Shown piece by piece: positions 32,520 to 42,986 of a stretch of 64,000 bases of DNA (positions within the stretch are counted from its first letter, which is position 1; every line of letters starts with the position of its first letter). This DNA comes from an uncultured Candidatus Binatia bacterium (lineage in GTDB: Bacteria > Desulfobacterota > Binatia > UBA9968 > JAJDTQ01): the NCBI GenBank assembly GCA_964291295.2, contig OZ219754.1:1408001-1472000 (forward strand). Direction: 5' to 3'. A program made the position numbers and the translations under genes. The notes under the pieces are model-generated. The model was not told where the DNA came from. It made no database searches and worked only from the letters and a program-made list of their open reading frames with translations.

Positions 32520-33573
32520 AAAGGTAGGGCCGGATGGGTTGCAGCCGCTCCTCGTAGTCGTCCGGATTGAGCAGCCACAGGGTGGCGGCGATGCTGCTCA
32601 GGAGCGAGTTGCCGTCCTGGGAGGTAAAGCACATGCCCACCACCTCGCGGTCTCCCCTCAGCGCCAGGCTCTGGTTGACGATGGCGGTGTGGTTCAGGAT
32701 CCGTCCGAACAGCCCGTGGTCCCGGCCAAAGGAGAAGACCGAGGCCGACGACGGCTTGTCGGTGACGGCGACGCGGCCGTTCGATCGGATCCGCTGCATG
32801 ATCTCGTCCATGGTGACGGCGCGCTTGAGGATCAGGTTGAAATGGATGGTGTGCATGTACTGGGTGTTGATCTTGAGCGCCGAGGAATAGATGTCGAGGT
32901 CGAACCCCAGGGACTTGAACAGGTAGTAGGCATCCCGCCCTTGATGGGTGCCGAACCTTTCGTCGTCGTGGCGCCCCACCTCGGGAGCCGGAATGAAGTC
33001 GCCCTCCTGGCTGATGTCGTTGGCCCGCCGCATGCAGACGAACCGTCCGGCTTCCAGATTGTCTTCCTTCGCCGGCCCCAGAGCGAGGGTGTCGATGAGA
33101 ACCGCCAGATTGTGCGTGTTGCAGCTCACCACCTGGATGAAGCGGTCTTCTTCGCGGTCCAGGGCCGTGTCGTTGATGCCCCGGGCATACATCTTGCCGA
33201 ATCCGAACTCGCTGCCCTGGGCGATGAACCCCTTGTCTTTGCCGCCCGCGTAGTGCCGGTAGTGTTTCTCCTTGTTCTGGTTCCCCACCGGGGTACAGTC
33301 GATGACCACGGAACTGCGCTCAATGGCCGCTTCCGAATCGAAGGCCGGGTCCACTCCCAGCGCGGCGAATTCGTCCCAGCGATCCTTCTCGACGCTCAGC
33401 CGGGCACCCTTGCCCTGCAGCGCCTTGACCTTGGAACGGTCCGTCACCCTCGGGGTCTGCTTGTTGAATGTCACCTCATCGATGCCGAACGCTTCCCTGA
33501 AACTCGCCAGGATACCGATGAGCGGCTCGCCGATGGTACCTGTACCGACAACGTGAACGACCTTCTTTCCCAT
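32506..33573 (-). CDS. Archaeal-type (type II) glyceraldehyde-3-phosphate dehydrogenase-like protein
   Basis: VVGTGTIG, VIDCTP, FIAQGSE, IQVVSCNTH, RRAND. Confidence 0.7.
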   Translation of the reverse strand: MGKKVVHVVGTGTIGEPLIGILASFREAFGIDEVTFNKQTPRVTDRSKVKALQGKGARLSVEKDRWDEFAALGVDPAFDSEAAIERSSVVIDCTPVGNQNKEKHYRHYAGGKDKGFIAQGSEFGFGKMYARGINDTALDREEDRFIQVVSCNTHNLAVLIDTLALGPAKEDNLEAGRFVCMRRANDISQEGDFIPAPEVGRHDDERFGTHQGRDAYYLFKSLGFDLDIYSSALKINTQYMHTIHFNLILKRAVTMDEIMQRIRSNGRVAVTDKPSSASVFSFGRDHGLFGRILNHTAIVNQSLALRGDREVVGMCFTSQDGNSLLSSIAATLWLLNPDDYEERLQPIRPYLFREI

Positions 33574-33749
33574 CGAGTTCACTCCTCAAGGCCGACGCGG
33601 CTCAAGGCTGGCCCCGGGCGCGCACCCCGTCCTTTCATGTTCCAATGGCTGCTGGTAGACTGCCGACAGGGACAGGGAGGGCCGGCGCCAGGCAACGACT
33701 TTCCCTGCAGAGCATACAGGCTGGGCCCGGGTAAGAAAAGGGGAGGGTT

Positions 33750-35237
33750 TTGGACAAAAGCCTCGAGAGTCGGCCCGCGTTCTCGCCGGCGGCGTTCTTC
33801 GACGAGCGGTTCGGCGTCACCGCGCGGGACCTGGATCGGATCCTGGGCCGCGCCATGGCCCGGCAGGCGGACTATGCGGACCTCTTTTTCGAGTATCGGA
33901 CCAACGACGAGGTCCGGCTCGAGGAGGGGCTGGTCAAGCATGCGTCGGTGTCCACCACCAACGGCGTCGGCGCCCGGGTTCTGGCCGAGGACAGGACCGG
34001 CTACGCGTACACGGACGACGTCACCATCAGGAACCTGGACTCGGCGGTGAGGACGGCGAATGTCATCGCCAACGACCGAGGCTCGGACCGGCCCGTGCAT
34101 GTTCCCGGTCCGACGGCCCCCGAGCATGATCTCTATCCGGTCCCACTCTCCTTTTCGGACGTTCCGCTGGAGCGCAAGATCGGCCTGTTGCAGGATCTGG
34201 ACCGGTTCGCCAGAAAGGCCGACCCCCGGGTGACGGGGGTCTTCGCCTCGATCCTGATGGAGAACAAGGTCGTCCTCGTCGCCTCTTCGCAGGGATGGGT
34301 TCTGGGAGACTTCCAGCCCCTGGTGCGCTGCAACATCCGTTGCGTGGTGGAGGCCGACGGCAAGCGGCAGGCCGGGTACTTCGGATGGGGCGGACGGATG
34401 ACGCTGGACGAGTGCGTGGATGCGGAGCGGTGCGAAGCCCATGCCCGGGAGGCGGTTCGCCAGGCGCTGGTGAACCTCGAGGCGGTGGCGGCTCCCGCCG
34501 GCCCCAGGGACGTGGTGCTCGGGCCGGGCTGGCCCGGCATCCTGCTCCACGAGGCCATCGGGCACGGTCTGGAGGCGGACTTCAACCGCCGCGGGACGTC
34601 GGCCTTCTCCGGCCGCATCGGCGAGCGCGTGGCCACCGAACTCTGCACGGTGGTGGACGACGGCACCCTCCCCGGGCGGCGCGGCTCGCTCAATGTGGAC
34701 GACGAGGGCACGCCGACCCGGCGCACGGTGTTGATCGAGAACGGCATCCTGCGAGGCTACATGCACGACCGGTTGAACGCCGCGCTCCTGGGCATGGATC
34801 TCACCGGCAACGGCCGGCGTGAAAGCTACGCCCACGTGCCCATGCCGCGCATGACCAACACTTTCATGCTGGCCGGCGAGGAGGACCCGCAGGATATCAT
34901 CCGCTCGGTGAAGGACGGCGTCTACGCGGTCTCCTTCGGCGGCGGACAGGTGGACATCACCAGCGGCAAGTTCGTCTTTTCCGCCAGCGAGGCGTACCGG
35001 ATCGAGGACGGCCGGGTCACCCATCCGGTGCGGGACGCCACCCTCATCGGCAACGGGCCGGACGTGCTCACGCGGGTGAGCCGGGTGGGCTCGGACCTCG
35101 CACTGGACCACGGCATCGGCATCTGCGGCAAGGATGGCCAGGGAGTGCCGGTGGGGGTCGGACTGCCGACGGTCCGCGTGGACCAGATCGTGGTGGGCGG
35201 CACCGCCGTGCGCGGTGCCGGCTCCTTCCAGGATTGA
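33750..35237 (+). CDS. tldD: Metalloprotease TldD
   Basis: GILLHEAIGHGLEADFNR, PMPRMTNT, CGKDGQGVPVGVG. Confidence 0.95.
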   Translation: MDKSLESRPAFSPAAFFDERFGVTARDLDRILGRAMARQADYADLFFEYRTNDEVRLEEGLVKHASVSTTNGVGARVLAEDRTGYAYTDDVTIRNLDSAVRTANVIANDRGSDRPVHVPGPTAPEHDLYPVPLSFSDVPLERKIGLLQDLDRFARKADPRVTGVFASILMENKVVLVASSQGWVLGDFQPLVRCNIRCVVEADGKRQAGYFGWGGRMTLDECVDAERCEAHAREAVRQALVNLEAVAAPAGPRDVVLGPGWPGILLHEAIGHGLEADFNRRGTSAFSGRIGERVATELCTVVDDGTLPGRRGSLNVDDEGTPTRRTVLIENGILRGYMHDRLNAALLGMDLTGNGRRESYAHVPMPRMTNTFMLAGEEDPQDIIRSVKDGVYAVSFGGGQVDITSGKFVFSASEAYRIEDGRVTHPVRDATLIGNGPDVLTRVSRVGSDLALDHGIGICGKDGQGVPVGVGLPTVRVDQIVVGGTAVRGAGSFQD

Positions 35238-35243
35238 ACTTCG

Positions 35244-36599
35244 ATGGAGCGTTTGCCGATGGATCGGGAGCTTGCGGCGGGACTGCTGGACCGGGCCAAG
35301 GCCAAGGGCGCCTCGCAGGGCGACGTGACCGTGGTGGCGCACGAGGGGTTCCGGGTGGCCGTGCGGCTCGGGAAGGTGGAAACCGTGAGCCAGGCCCGCG
35401 CGACCCGGCTCGGGCTGCGGCTTTTCTTCGGCACGAGAGCTGCCGCCGTCTCCACCTCCGATCTGTCGCGCGCCTCGCTGGACCGACTGCTGGATGAGAC
35501 CTGCGCCATGGCCCGGGCCACGGCCGAGGACGAGTTCGGCGGCCTGCCGGAGCCCGGCGAACTGGCGACCCGGGTGCCGGACCTCGATTTGCTGGACGAG
35601 GGGGCGCGGGACATGCCGGTGGAGCAGGGCATCGACGCCGCCCGCGCGGCCGAGGAGTGCGCGATGCAGTCCGACCCGCGGATCACCAACTCCGAGGGCG
35701 CGGAGTTCGCCACCTCCTTCCACCGCGTGATCCACGCCAACTCGGCGGGCTTTGCCGGCGAGTTCGCCGCCTCGGCCTTCCATCTGTCCGTGACGCCGGT
35801 GGCCGTCTCCAATGGTTCCATGGAACGGGACTACTGGTTCTCGGCGGCGCGGCGGCTGGACGCCCTCGACGCCCCGGAGGCGGTGGGCCGCGAGGCGGGC
35901 CGTCGCGTGGTCCGCCGGCTGGGCGCCCGCAAGGTGCGGACCCGGGACGTGCCGGTGGTGTTCGACGCACCCGTTGCGGGTACCCTGGCGTGGCACGTGG
36001 GCCAGGCCGTGTCCGGCTACGCCCTTTATCAGCGCACGTCCTTCCTGTGCGACCGTCTCGGTCAGCGCGTGGCGTCCCCGCTGGTCCACATCGTGGATGA
36101 CGGCACCCTTCCCTCGGCGCTGGGGTCGCGGCCTTTCGACGGCGAGGGTGTTGCCGTCCGCCGCAAGGACGTGGTGGAGGCAGGCGTTCTGAGGAGCTGG
36201 CTGCTGGACGCCTACAGCGCGCGAAAACTTGGCGGCAGATCCACCGGCAACGCGGTCCGGGACGCGGGCCAGGCTTCCCGCGTTTCACCCATGAACCTTC
36301 ACCTCATCCCGGGTGCGCACAGCCCCGGTGACATCATCGGTTCGGTGGACGACGGCCTCTACGTCACCGAGTTGATGGGCATGGGCGTCAACCTCGTGAC
36401 CGGCGACTATTCCAAGGGCGCGGCCGGGATCTGGATCGAAAAGGGCGAACTGGCCTATCCCGTGGCCGAGTTGACCATCGCCGGCAATCTCGACGAGATG
36501 CTGAGCCAGATCGAGATGGTCGGCGACGACCTCCGCCCGCAAAGCCCCGTGGCCGCGCCCACCGTCAAGGTCGCGCGCATGACCGTGGCCGGCGCATAG
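35244..36599 (+). CDS. pmbA: TldE/PmbA modulator
   Basis: ERDYW, SRPFDGEG, GVNLVTGDYS, TIAGNL; follows tldD. Confidence 0.93.
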   Translation: MERLPMDRELAAGLLDRAKAKGASQGDVTVVAHEGFRVAVRLGKVETVSQARATRLGLRLFFGTRAAAVSTSDLSRASLDRLLDETCAMARATAEDEFGGLPEPGELATRVPDLDLLDEGARDMPVEQGIDAARAAEECAMQSDPRITNSEGAEFATSFHRVIHANSAGFAGEFAASAFHLSVTPVAVSNGSMERDYWFSAARRLDALDAPEAVGREAGRRVVRRLGARKVRTRDVPVVFDAPVAGTLAWHVGQAVSGYALYQRTSFLCDRLGQRVASPLVHIVDDGTLPSALGSRPFDGEGVAVRRKDVVEAGVLRSWLLDAYSARKLGGRSTGNAVRDAGQASRVSPMNLHLIPGAHSPGDIIGSVDDGLYVTELMGMGVNLVTGDYSKGAAGIWIEKGELAYPVAELTIAGNLDEMLSQIEMVGDDLRPQSPVAAPTVKVARMTVAGA

Positions 36600-36608
36600 G
36601 CGCGGCCT

Positions 36609-36818
36609 TCACGCCAGCCGGTATCCCTTTGCCAGCACCACCCGCATCAGCGCGTCGACGCTGGTGACCGCGGGGTCGAACTCGATGACGGCGACACTCC
36701 GCGCCACCGAGAAGTCCAGTTCGAGGACGCCGGGAGCGCTCTCGAACGCTTCGGTCAGGTCCGGTATCGCCCTGTCCGTCAGCGCTTCGATGGAAAGAAT
36801 GGCGGTCTTGGCGATCAT
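36609..36818 (-). CDS. HMA-fold-like small protein lacking the CxxC motif
   Basis: PGV...IEFDP...GY pattern typical of heavy-metal-associated domains. Confidence 0.55.
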   Translation of the reverse strand: MIAKTAILSIEALTDRAIPDLTEAFESAPGVLELDFSVARSVAVIEFDPAVTSVDALMRVVLAKGYRLA

Positions 36819-36840
36819 GGTGGTGCGCCGGGTCGCGGCG

Positions 36841-37320
36841 TCAGGCCCGCGGGGTTGCTCCGCTCCGTCCCAACAGCCGCCGGATCTCGTCGCCGGCGCG
36901 CTTGATTTCGGCCGCCGGCACGAGCCTCTCGAAGGCGGGGAAAAGCTGGCGTTCCTCGCTCCGGATGTGCTGTTCCAGCAGGTCGCCGAAGTCGAACAGG
37001 AATTTCCGCCGCCCGCCGGGGTCGGCGGGCCGGGTCACCAGTTCGCGGAACCGCCGGTGCTCGCGCTCAAGCCGGGCCACCAGTTCCCGGCTTTCCTGGT
37101 GGATCTCCATCAGCGGGAACAGGATGGTCTCTTCGGCCTCGAAGTGGGCTGTCAGGTTCTCGTCGAAGAAGCGCGCCACTTCCGCGGCGCATGCTTCGGT
37201 GGATGCGGCGTCGCCGGGGCCGAGTTGCCCGAGGGCATGCTTGCGGCAGCGCAAGGCGAGTGCCAGCCCGTGGTGATGGTCGTGGGACAGGGGGATCAGG
37301 GCGGGGTGTCTTCTTGCCAT
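36841..37320 (-). CDS. Hemerythrin-like (HHE) domain protein
   Basis: LSHDHH, HFEAEE..LFP, EH, HIRSEERQLFP. Confidence 0.85.
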   Translation of the reverse strand: MARRHPALIPLSHDHHHGLALALRCRKHALGQLGPGDAASTEACAAEVARFFDENLTAHFEAEETILFPLMEIHQESRELVARLEREHRRFRELVTRPADPGGRRKFLFDFGDLLEQHIRSEERQLFPAFERLVPAAEIKRAGDEIRRLLGRSGATPRA

Positions 37321-37424
37321 GGGGATCTGAGCAAATTGACGGTGCCGGGCCGATGGGCTAACCTTCAGGCCGCAGGCATCCCGGGGGTTCGCATCCCGGA
37401 GGGTCATATCCTGGAGGATCCTAT

Positions 37425-37913
37425 ATGACAGACGACATGACGGTCAAACGCGAGATCGTGATGGAGGCCGATACCGAGACCCTGGAGCGGCAGCGGAAGC
37501 GCGGCGCGGCGCGCGGCTTCACGGTGTTGTGCGACGAGGGCACACGCATCGGCGGCGACGACACCGCGCCGCCGCCGCTGGCCTATTTCGCGCTTTCCCT
37601 GGGATTCTGACTGCTCACCCAGATTTCCCGGTACGGGGAAATGATGAAGGTGAAGATCGGCAAGGCCCGGGTCCATGTCACTGCGCGTTTCAGGAACGAA
37701 GGTTCGGTGTTGCGGGAGACCATCGACGCCCGGGGAGTCGGATTCGAGACGAAGCTGGACGTGGAGTCCGAAGCGCCGCCGGAGCGGGTCGCCGCGGTGA
37801 TCCGCAACTCGGAGAAGGGCTGCTACGTGATGCAGACCATCCTCAAGCCGACGCCGGTGGAAATGCGGGTGACGCTCAACGGAGCGGACTTCGACCCCGG
37901 CAGACCGTCGTAA
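37425..37913 (+). CDS. OsmC/Ohr-like protein with in-frame UGA (probable selenocysteine at 37608-37610)
   Basis: ORFs 37425-37610 and 37641-37913 are in the same frame: [19 protein letters not shown]...SEKGCYV; hairpin just after the UGA. Confidence 0.78.
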
Positions 37914-37917
37914 AACG

Positions 37918-38778
37918 ATGGGCGAAGCGACCGAAGCGCTGGTATTCGACGTCGACCAGTCCGAGTTCGAGGCGCGGGTGCTGGAGCGTTCCAGGGAAAC
38001 GCCGGTGGCGGTGGATTTCTGGGCGCCGTGGTGCGGCCCGTGCCGGGTTCTGGGGCCGGTGCTGGAACGGGTGGTGGAAGAGTACGAGGGCAAGGTGCTG
38101 CTGGCCAAGGTCAATGTCGACGAGAACCAGGAGCTGGCGGCCGGCTTCGGCATCCAGGGGATCCCGGCCGTCAAGGTTTTCAAGGACGGCGCCCTGGCCA
38201 CGGAGTTCACCGGCGCGCTGCCTGAGCCCGCGGTCCGGGAGGTGCTGGCCAAGGTCGTGCCGTCACGCGAGGATGAGCGGGTGGCCGAGGCGGACCAACT
38301 GTGGTCCGCGGGCGACACCGGCAAGGCATTGGAGATCTACGCGCAGGTCCTGGATGAGTCGCCGCGCCACGCGGGCGCGCTTCTGGGACTGGGGCGGGGG
38401 CTGCTGGACGCGGACATCGAGCGCGCCCTTGGCCTCCTGGAAAGAGTCCCTCCCGGCGGTCCCGAGCGCCACGAGGCCGACCGGTTGATGGCCCGCCAGA
38501 ACCTGAGCGCGGGAGACGGCGCGGACACGGAGTCGCTGCGGCGGCAGCTTGCCGAGGCCCCGGACCGCATCGACCTGCGTTTCCGGCTGGCTCGGGCGCT
38601 GGCCGCGGAAGAGCACTATGAGGCCGCCCTGGAAGAGTTCCTGGCGGTGTTGCAACAGGACCGTACCTTCGAGGACGACGGCGCCCGCAAGGCCATGGTG
38701 CAGATCTTCGAGGTGCTGGGGCGGAGCGAACTTGCCGACCGGTTTCGGTCCGAGATGGCCAAGGTGCTGTTCAACTGA
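37918..38778 (+). CDS. Thioredoxin-TPR chaperedoxin (CnoX/YbbN family)
   Basis: [11 protein letters not shown] followed by TPR-like helices. Confidence 0.88.
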   Translation: MGEATEALVFDVDQSEFEARVLERSRETPVAVDFWAPWCGPCRVLGPVLERVVEEYEGKVLLAKVNVDENQELAAGFGIQGIPAVKVFKDGALATEFTGALPEPAVREVLAKVVPSREDERVAEADQLWSAGDTGKALEIYAQVLDESPRHAGALLGLGRGLLDADIERALGLLERVPPGGPERHEADRLMARQNLSAGDGADTESLRRQLAEAPDRIDLRFRLARALAAEEHYEAALEEFLAVLQQDRTFEDDGARKAMVQIFEVLGRSELADRFRSEMAKVLFN

Positions 38779-38829
38779 CAAGCGCGCGGTTCAACGGACA
38801 ACCCCGTCCCGCCGGCTTCATCCCCGCGC

Positions 38830-39954
38830 TCATCCCCGCGCCTGTGCCCCGGCGGCTTCCTCCGACGCGCCGGTGCCCGCGGTGCTGTCCAGCCGTGCCC
38901 GCAGCCGCGGGTAGAACCGCAGCGGGTTCTCGAACAGGATCTTGTGCTTCAGTTCGTCGCTCATGTCGTCGCGACCGAGCAGGTGCGGGATGTCGCCGCT
39001 GAAATCCCGTTGGTCACGTTCGTGGGGATAGTCGGAGGCCCACAGGAGGGTATGCTCCGGCACCAGCCGGGCGGTTTCGGGCAGCAGGGTCTCCTCGACT
39101 TCGGCGGCGAAGTAGATGTTGCCTTCCCGGAAATAGGCGCTGGGCTTGCGCTTGCAGTTCGGCGAGTAGTGTCCCTTGCGTTCGTATTCCTCATCCAGGC
39201 GGTCCATCATGTAGGGAACCCAGCCCGCGCCGCATTCCAGCACCCCGAAGCGCAGCTTGGGGAACTGCTCGAAGACGCCTTCGCAGATCATCGCCACGAG
39301 CTGCCGGAACTGCGCGAAAGGGTGCTCCAGGGTGTGGGCCACCATGAAGTTCCGGGTGCCGTCGATGCCCAGGTCCGGAAAGCTCATGCCGCCGTGCGGG
39401 GACACCGGCACGTCCAGCCTTTGCGCCTCCTCCCACAGGGGGTGGAATTCGGGCCCGCTGAACAGCCGTCCTCCCGGCGTGGCGGAAGGCAGCACCGCCC
39501 CCACCATCCCCAGTTCCTCGACGCTGCGGCGAAGCTCCCGCACCGCTTCGCCGATGTCCTGGATGGGAAGCAGCGCCACGCCCACGAGGCGCGGACTCAC
39601 CCGCATGAAGCGGTCGTGCAGCCAGTCGTTGTAGGCCCGCGCCATGACGATGGCCCACTCATGGTCCCGGATGGCCGCGTGGGTCAAACCCTGGGTCGGG
39701 TACAGCACCGTCAGTTCGATGCCATTTCGATCGAGAAAATCGAGCCACTGCCGGGCGTTGGGTCCGGTGCCGGCGCCGACCCAGCCGCCGGGCCGTCTCA
39801 ACGACCGCAGGTAGCCGTCCATGGTGAGTCCCGGCCAGAAACCATAGGAACGGTGCCATTCCAGTTCCGCGTACGGCCCGCCGATGTAATCGCGAAGCTC
39901 CTCGTCGAGTTCCATGATGTGTCCGTCGGCGTCGATGATGCGTTGTGGCGACAT
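38830..39954 (-). CDS. Amidohydrolase_2 family metal-dependent hydrolase/decarboxylase
   Basis: IIDADGH, AYNDWL, LECGAGW, WASDYPH. Confidence 0.88.
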   Translation of the reverse strand: MSPQRIIDADGHIMELDEELRDYIGGPYAELEWHRSYGFWPGLTMDGYLRSLRRPGGWVGAGTGPNARQWLDFLDRNGIELTVLYPTQGLTHAAIRDHEWAIVMARAYNDWLHDRFMRVSPRLVGVALLPIQDIGEAVRELRRSVEELGMVGAVLPSATPGGRLFSGPEFHPLWEEAQRLDVPVSPHGGMSFPDLGIDGTRNFMVAHTLEHPFAQFRQLVAMICEGVFEQFPKLRFGVLECGAGWVPYMMDRLDEEYERKGHYSPNCKRKPSAYFREGNIYFAAEVEETLLPETARLVPEHTLLWASDYPHERDQRDFSGDIPHLLGRDDMSDELKHKILFENPLRFYPRLRARLDSTAGTGASEEAAGAQARG

Positions 39955-40168
39955 GATTTCCTCTTCCTCTCGTCCGGGGGTGGATGTCTCTTGATGGCGT
40001 AGATACTAGCCTGGATGCCACGGCGCGGCAAGCGGGCGGCGGCCGCCCGTGGATCGTGGACTCGTTGTCTGGTACGCTGCGGTCACGGACGGAAGTCCGC
40101 GAGTTCGGAGAGTCCGCAAGTCCGGAGTCCGAACGTCCATCATGGCGTGTTCAAACCGGGAGGCAAGC

Positions 40169-41896
40169 ATGCGGCGGCGCGTGTTCATGGTGACGGCGGC
40201 GGTGACGGTGGCCTTGGCGGCGGCGTGGGCCGCCGCGGCGTTGGCGGGACGCGGCACCGACGGCGAACTCAGGATGATCTACTGGCAGGCGCCGTCGATC
40301 CTGAACCCGTTTCTTTCGGGGGGAACCAAGGACATCCATGCGGCGGCGTTGGTGATCGAGCCGCTGGCGCACTACGACGAGAACGGCAACATGATTCCGG
40401 CGCTGGCGGCGGAGATCCCCACGCTGGAGAACGGCGGCGTCGCGGCGGATCTCAAGTCCGTCACCTGGAAGCTGAGGAAGGGCGTGACGTGGTCCGACGG
40501 CACGCCCTTCACCGCGGCGGACGTGGTGTTCACGGCCGCCTACTGCATGCACCCCGACGGGGGCTGCAACGCGGCCAGCCGGTTTCAGGACGCGGCTTCC
40601 GTGGAGGCCGTGGACGCCCACACCGTACGGATCTCCTTCACCGTGCCCATGCCCTTTCCGTATGCGCCGTTCGTGGGTGCGGTCTCGCCGGTGATCCAGA
40701 AGAGGCAATTCGACGGCTGCGCCGGCGCCCGGGCGCCGGAATGCACCCGCGAGAACTTCGCTCCCATCGGCACCGGCCCTTTCAAGGTGAAGGAGTTCCG
40801 ACCCAACGACGTGGTCCGGTACGAGATCAACCACCGCTACCGCAATCCGGACCAGCCGGCGTTCTCGTCGGTATTTCTGAAAGGCGGCGGCGATGCGGTG
40901 TCGGCGGCCCGGGCCGTGCTCGGGACCGGCGAGTTCGACTATGGCTGGAACCTCCAGGTGGAGCCCGAGATCCTCGCCGCCATGGCGAAGGCGGGGAAGG
41001 GCAAGGTGGTGTCGGCCTTCGGCCCGCTGGTGGAGCGGCTGATCGTGCAGCTGACCAATCCCGACCCCGCTCTGGGTGGCCGGCGGTCAACCTGGCAGGG
41101 CGGCAGGAACCCGCATCCCTTCCTCTCGGATCCGGCGGTGCGGCGCGCGCTGTCCCTGGCCATCGACAGGGGGGTCCTGGTGGAGACCGGCTACGGCCCC
41201 GCCGGCCGCATCACCTGCAATGTCCTGCCGGCCCCGCCGGTCTACGCTTCCAGCGCCAACGACTGGTGCAAGACCCAGGACATCGCCGGCGCCAACAGGC
41301 TCCTGGATGAGGCCGGCTGGGTGCGCGGACCCGACGGTATCCGCACCAGGAAAGGCGTGCGTCTTTCGATCCTCTACCAGACCTCCACGAATTCGGTGCG
41401 TCAGGGCACCCAGGTGCTGATCAAGCAGATGTGGCGCCAGATCGGCGTCGAGACCGAGCTCAAGAACATCAGCGCGTCGGTGTTCTTCGGCGGCGATCAG
41501 GCGAGCCCGGACACCTATCAGAAGTTCTACGCGGACATTCAGATGTACGCCGCCAACTTCGACGGCACCGACCCCCAGACCTACATGCAGAACTGGACCT
41601 GCAAGGAGATCCCCGCTCCCGGCAACCAGTGGATCGGCCGCAACATTCCGCGTTACTGCAATCCGGAATACGAAGAGCTCTCGGCGCTGCTGGCCAAGAC
41701 CGCGGGCATTCGCAAGCGCGCGGCCATCGCCAGGCGCATGAACGACATGCTCATCGACTACGGCGCGTTGATTCCGCTGGTCCATCGCGGCGAGGTGGCC
41801 GCCCACGCGCTGTCCCTCGGGGGCGTTCGTCACAACGCTTGGGACGCGACCCTGTGGAACATCCGGGAGTGGCACCGCCTCAAGCAGCGCCGGTAG
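40169..41896 (+). CDS. Peptide/nickel ABC transporter substrate-binding protein (family 5)
   Basis: Signal peptide, LRKGVTWSDGTPFTAADV, IGTGPF, VRRALSLAIDR. Confidence 0.92.
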   Translation: MRRRVFMVTAAVTVALAAAWAAAALAGRGTDGELRMIYWQAPSILNPFLSGGTKDIHAAALVIEPLAHYDENGNMIPALAAEIPTLENGGVAADLKSVTWKLRKGVTWSDGTPFTAADVVFTAAYCMHPDGGCNAASRFQDAASVEAVDAHTVRISFTVPMPFPYAPFVGAVSPVIQKRQFDGCAGARAPECTRENFAPIGTGPFKVKEFRPNDVVRYEINHRYRNPDQPAFSSVFLKGGGDAVSAARAVLGTGEFDYGWNLQVEPEILAAMAKAGKGKVVSAFGPLVERLIVQLTNPDPALGGRRSTWQGGRNPHPFLSDPAVRRALSLAIDRGVLVETGYGPAGRITCNVLPAPPVYASSANDWCKTQDIAGANRLLDEAGWVRGPDGIRTRKGVRLSILYQTSTNSVRQGTQVLIKQMWRQIGVETELKNISASVFFGGDQASPDTYQKFYADIQMYAANFDGTDPQTYMQNWTCKEIPAPGNQWIGRNIPRYCNPEYEELSALLAKTAGIRKRAAIARRMNDMLIDYGALIPLVHRGEVAAHALSLGGVRHNAWDATLWNIREWHRLKQRR

Positions 41897-41972
41897 TGCT
41901 TGGACCCGGGCCCGCGGCACCGCCCGGAGGTTTGCCGCGGGCCGCCGCCGCGCCCCATGTCAGTCGCGCTCC

Positions 41973-42986
41973 ATGTCAAGGTATGTGGCCAGACGCCTGC
42001 TCTTCGCGGTCCCCACGCTGCTGGTCCTCAGCCTGATCGTCTTTGCGCTGCTTGACCTGGCGCCCAACGACCCCACGGCGCAGCTCCCGCTGACCATCCC
42101 GCCGGAGACGCGGCAGGCCATCCGGGAGAGCCTGGGCCTGGGGCAGCCGTTCCACGTCCGCTATCTCAAGTGGCTCGACCAGTTCCTGGTCAATGAGCCG
42201 CTCAATCTGTGGGAGCGGCTGTGGGGCATCGAGATCGGCGACTCGGCGGACCGCCTGCGCGTGCGCTCCTGGTCCACCCGCGCGCCGGTGGTGGACCTGA
42301 TCGCGGAGCGGCTTCCGCAGACCCTCACCGTTGTCGGCATCTCCTACATCCTTGCGATTCTCATCGCCGTGCCGGTGGGTGTCTACTCCGCCTGCCGGCA
42401 GTATTCGTTCATCGATCAGGCGGGCACTTTCGTCACCATGGTGGGGTTCTCGGTGCCGACCTTCTTCACGGGTACGCTCCTCATCATGATCTTCAGCGTC
42501 GGCCTCGACTGGCTGCCGTCCATCTATGACACCACCCACCGGGTGACGGACTTGCCCAGCCTGCTGTTCCAGGTCCGGCAGATGATCATGCCGGTGATGG
42601 TGCTCGGGCTGTACAATGCGGCCCAGCTCAGCCGTTTCACCCGTTCCGCGGTGCTCGAGAATCTGAACCAGGACCATGTGCGCACCGCCCGCGCCAAGGG
42701 CCTGTCCGAGTTCAGGGTCATCGTGGTCCACGTGCTGCGCAACAGCCTGATTCCGGTGGTGACGGTGATCTCCCTGGGGCTGCCGGCGACCTTCGCGGGA
42801 GCCATCATCACCGAGCAGATATTCCGCATCAATGGTGTCGGCCACTTGCTCATCGGCGCCATCGAGAGCGGCGACATCCCCACCGTCCAGACCGTGACCT
42901 TCATCTTCGCGGTGCTGATCGTGTTGTTCAATCTCGCGGCGGACGTCCTCTACGGCGTGCTGGACCCGAGGATTCGCCATGACTGA
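41973..42986 (+). CDS. Peptide ABC transporter permease (OppB/DppB-like)
   Basis: RTARAKGLSE EAA loop, DVLYGVLDPRIR. Confidence 0.93.
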   Translation: MSRYVARRLLFAVPTLLVLSLIVFALLDLAPNDPTAQLPLTIPPETRQAIRESLGLGQPFHVRYLKWLDQFLVNEPLNLWERLWGIEIGDSADRLRVRSWSTRAPVVDLIAERLPQTLTVVGISYILAILIAVPVGVYSACRQYSFIDQAGTFVTMVGFSVPTFFTGTLLIMIFSVGLDWLPSIYDTTHRVTDLPSLLFQVRQMIMPVMVLGLYNAAQLSRFTRSAVLENLNQDHVRTARAKGLSEFRVIVVHVLRNSLIPVVTVISLGLPATFAGAIITEQIFRINGVGHLLIGAIESGDIPTVQTVTFIFAVLIVLFNLAADVLYGVLDPRIRHD

